Assembly: GCA_964036045.1 (NCBI GenBank)
Contig: OZ038379.1
Span: 23,994,001 to 24,058,000 of the forward strand
Origin: Eutreptiella sp. 'Long Island Sound 2002'
Lineage: Eukaryota; Protista; Euglenida
Reading direction: 5' to 3'
Length of the DNA: 64,000 nt
Shown: piece by piece, positions 60,501 to 64,000 of the stretch
Numbering within the stretch: position 1 is the stretch's first letter
Layout: each line of letters opens with the position of its first letter
Made by a program: the position numbers and the translations under genes
The notes under the pieces: generated by a model
Seen by the model: the letters and a program-made list of their open reading frames with translations, nothing else
What the model was told of the DNA's origin: nothing
Database searches by the model: none

Positions 60501-61024
60501 AACACGCAATCTGGGGGGTGACCTGGTCCAGCCGCGGCGGCCAGGGCACGGGATCGCACGCCCCACCCCTCGCCGGCCACCGTGGGAGAGTCACGATGGC
60601 ACAGGGCGGGCTCCACCGGGGGGTGGCGGTATGCAGGAGTAACCCGGGTCCCCCTGTGACCCAGCCCTCTCCAGGGCTCGTGTGCGCTCCCCTACCCCAA
60701 CCCACTGCACCTTGTGTTTTGCACAGGTACATCATGGGGTGGGGATCTCGTCCTATCCGACGGGACCGGAGCTGGGAGGCGGTGGAATAAAGGGGAGACA
60801 GCGCCGGGGCGGAGGTAAGGGCCAGCGCCTGCCGCTACGGTGCTCACTGCGCCGGGGTAATGGCACCTGCCTGCAGCCTCGACGTCTGGCTCCCCAGGAA
60901 GTGCAGTGAAACAAGGGGAGGCCCCCCGTCCCTGGTCCTCCGCCCATGCAGGGGGGAGCGGCCTGCCTTGGCGACACAGTACTGAAATAAGGGATGCCCC
61001 CCCCGTCCCTGGTGGATCCCTGGT

Positions 61025-61490
61025 GAGAGACGATAATGAAACAAGGGGTGGCCCCCCAGAGACTGACAGGGGGGGCGCCAGCCCCCCCAAGAGCCCCTGT
61101 CGACCTGTGTCTTTGAGAGACGATCATGAAATAAGGGGTGCCCCCCCAGAGACTGACCAAGGGGGGCGCCAGCCCCCCCAGGAGCCCCTGTCGACCTGTG
61201 TTTTTGAGAGACGATCATGAAATAAGGGGAGGCCCCCCAGAGACGGACCAGGGGGGGCGCCAGCCCCCCCAGGAGCCCCTGTCGACCTGTGTCTTTGAGA
61301 GACGATCATGAAATAAGGGGTGGCCCCCCAGAGACTGACCAAGGGGGGCGCCAGCCCCCCCAGGAGCCCCTGTCGACGTGTGTTTTTGAGAGACGATCAT
61401 GAAATAAGGGGAGGCCCCCCAGAGACGGACCACGGGGGGCGCCAGCCCCCCCAGGAGCCCCTTTCGACCTGTGTTTTTGAGAGACGATCA
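61025..61490. repeat. 91-bp tandem repeat, ~5 copies (degenerate precursors back to ~60905)
   Basis: gagagacgatcatgaaataagggg occurs at 61115, 61206, 61297 and 61388 (partial at 61479; variant at 61025). Confidence 0.92.
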
Positions 61491-61492
61491 TG

Positions 61493-62430
61493 CCCCACAC
61501 AGCGGCGGTTACACCCGAGTTCCTCCGGTCCTGCCTGGGCCGCGGAGGGATAGGGACGCCCCGTGGGTGCATAAGGTATTCTCCCTCCCCACACAACGGC
61601 GGTTACACCCGAGTCCCTCCAGTCCAGCTTGGGCCGCGGAGGGATAGGGACGCCCCGTGGGTTCGTCAGGTATTTTTCCTTTCCCCACACAGCGGCGGTT
61701 ACACCCGAGTCCCTCCGGTCCAGCCTGGGCCACGGGGGGATAGGGACGCCCCGTGGGTCCATAAGGTATTCTTCCTTCCCCCAAACAGCGGCGGTTACAC
61801 CCGAGTCCCTCCAGTCCAGCTTGGGCCGCGGAGGGATAGGGACGCCCCGTGGGTTCGTCAGGTATTTTTCCTTTCCCCACACAGCGGCGGTTACACCCGA
61901 GTCCCTCCGGTCCAGCCTGGGCCACGGGGGGATAGGGACGCCCCGTGGGTCCATAAGGTATTCTTCCTTCCCCCACACAGCGGCGGTTACACCCGAGTCC
62001 CTCCGGTCCTGCCTAGGCCGCGGAGGGATAGGGACGCCCCGTGGGTTCGTCAGGTATTTTTCCTTTCCCCACACAGCGGCGGTTACACCCGAGTCCCTCC
62101 GGTCCAGCCTGGGCCGCGGGGGGATAGGGACGCCCCGTGGGTTCGTCAGGTATTTTTCCTTTCCCCACACAGCGGCGGTTACACCCGAGTCCCTCCGGTC
62201 CTGCCTAGGCCGCGGAGGGATAGGGACGCCCCGTTGGTCCATAAGGTATTCTTCCTTCCCCCACACAGCGGCGGTTACACCCGAGTCCCTCCGGTCCAGC
62301 CTGGGCCGCGGGGGGATAGGGACGCCCCGTGGGTTCGTGAGGTATTTTTCCTTTCCCCACACAGCGGCGGTTACACCCGAGTCCCTCCGGTCCAGCCTGG
62401 GCCGCGGGGGGATAGGGACGCCCCGTGGGA
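61493..62430. repeat. 96-bp tandem repeat, ~10 copies, two alternating variants
   Basis: acacagcggcggttacacccgagt recurs every 96 bp; tails alternate between gttcgtcaggtatttttccttt and gtccataaggtattcttcctt. Confidence 0.95.
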
Positions 62431-64000
62431 TCACCGAGGCCCCCGCCGCTGCGGCGAGGGGGCCTCCTTCGCATTGGGATCACCGAGGCCCCCGCCGCGT
62501 GGGCGAGGGGGCCTCCTTCTCTTTGGGACAACCGAGGCCCCCGCCGCTGAGGCGAGGGGGCCTCCTTCGCTTTGAGACCATCGAAGCCCCCTCCGCTAAG
62601 GCGAGGGGGCCTCTTTGGCTTTGGGACCATCGAGGCCCCCTCTGCTGAGGCAAGGGGGCCTCTTTCGCTTTGGGTTCAGCGGGGCCCCCGCCGCTGAGGC
62701 GAGGGGGCCTCCGCCGCTTTGGGACCACCGAGGCCCCCGCCGCTGAGGCGAGGGGGCCTCCTTGGCTTTGGGACCATCGAGGCCCCCTCCGCTGAGGCGA
62801 GGGGGCCTCCTTTGCTTTGGGACCACCGAGGCACCCGCTGCTGAGGCGAGGGGGCCTCCTTCGCTTTGGGGCCACCTAGGCCCCCGCCGCTGAGGCGAGG
62901 GGGCCTCCTTCGCTTCGGGACCACCGAGGCCCCCGCCGCTGAGGCGAGGGGGCCTCCTTCGCTTTGGGACCACCGAGCCCCCCGCCGCTGAGGCGAGGGG
63001 ACCTCCTTCGCTTCGGGACCACCGAGGCCCCCGCCGCTGCGGCGAGGGGGCCTCCTTTGCTTTGGGACCACCGAGGCCCCCTCCGCTGAGGCAAGGGGGC
63101 CTCCTTCGCTTTGGGACCACCGAGGCCCCCTCCTCTGAGGCAAGGGGGCCTCCGCCGCGTTGGGACCACCGTTGCCCCCGCCGCTGAGGCGAGGGGGCCT
63201 CTTTCGCTTTGAGAGCACCGAGACCCCCGCCGCTGAGGCGAGGGGACCTTCTTCACTTTGGGATGACCGAGGCCCCCGCCGCTGAGGCGAGGGGGCCTCC
63301 TCCGCTTTGGGACAACCGAGGCCCCCGCCGCTGAGGCGAAGGGGCCTCTTTCGCTTTGGGACCACCGAGGCCCCCGCCGCTGGTGCGAGGGGGCCTCCGC
63401 CGCTTTGGGTCCACCGAGGCCCCCTCCGCTGAGGCGAGGGGGCCTCCTTCGCTTTGCAACCATAGAGGCCCCCTCCGCTGAGGCGCGGGGGCCTCCTTGG
63501 CTTTCGGACCATCGAGGCCCCCGCTGCTGAGGCGAGGGGGCCTCCTTCGCTTTGGGACCACCGAGGCCCCCGCCGCTGAGGCGAGGGGGCCTCCTTCGCT
63601 TTGGGACCATCGAGGCCCCCTCCGCTGAGGCGAGGGGGCCTCCTTGGCTTTGGGACCACCGAGGCCCCCGCCGCTGAGGCGAGGGGGCCTCCTTCGCTTT
63701 GGGACCACCGAGGCCCCCGCCGCTGAGGCGAGGGGGCCTCCTTCGCTTTAAGACCATCGAGGCCCCCTCCACTGAGGCGAGGGGGCCTCCTTGGCTTTGG
63801 GACCACCGAGGCCCCCGCCGCTGAGGCGAGGGGGCCTCCTTCGCTTCGGGACCACCGAGGCCCCCGCCGCTGAGGCGAGGGGTCCTCCTTGGCTTTCGGA
63901 CCATCGAGGCCCCCGCCGCTGAGGCGAGGAGGCCTCCTTGGCTTTGGGACCACCGAGGCCCCCGCCGCTGAGGCGAGGGGGCCTGCTTCGCTTTGGGACC
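62430..64000. repeat. 49-bp GC-rich satellite, ~32 copies, running off the window
   Basis: Consensus ccgaggcccccgccgctgaggcgagggggcctccttcgctttgggacca. The 49-aa periodicity in the ORF track corresponds to 3 units. Confidence 0.97.

Noticed and set aside
61397-63953. Long ORFs (339-425 aa) over the terminal arrays
   Set aside because: They are translations of GC-rich 96-bp and 49-bp tandem repeats, open in several frames on both strands, with no domain content.
62430-64000. CRISPR array interpretation of the palindromic 49-bp repeat
   Set aside because: Units are head-to-tail with no unique spacers, there are no cas genes, and the context is eukaryotic.

Overview
Repeat-rich eukaryotic genomic DNA with long GT-AG introns, many poly-G/C tracts and TTAGGG-type repeats. 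The overall style suggests a protist, possibly a euglenid, but the sequence alone cannot prove this. No prokaryotic operon, rRNA or CRISPR array was found. Three spliced minus-strand genes can be assembled by hand. (1) A DUF2431/BMT5-like rRNA methyltransferase-domain gene (at least 4 exons, 3815-7017). (2) A complete 6-exon, 638-aa sn1-diacylglycerol-lipase (DAGL)-like gene (15341-30375). (3) A probable modular gene (45483 to at least 57547) in which tandemly duplicated phase-1/phase-1 exons encoding an unnamed ~100-aa domain splice onto a 3-kb exon encoding a coiled coil, a non-RD protein kinase and a RING1/Rcat (RBR-like) E3 ligase. The most striking signal is in gene 3: the two duplicated exons differ at about 20% of residues, often by multi-base codon changes, while their flanking introns differ by about 1%, and a third array unit appears to have lost its exon. 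This resembles a diversifying, exon-shuffled receptor/immune-type system. Also present: two complementary halves of a pogo/Tigger transposon in permuted order with extra zinc-finger and Tudor-like domains, an LTR integrase fragment, decayed LINE-like remnants, a TA-flanked MITE, a tRNA-like (SINE-head) element, an intronic telomere-like tract, and three abutting satellites (91, 96 and 49 bp) at the right end. All gene models, counts and percentages were worked out by eye.
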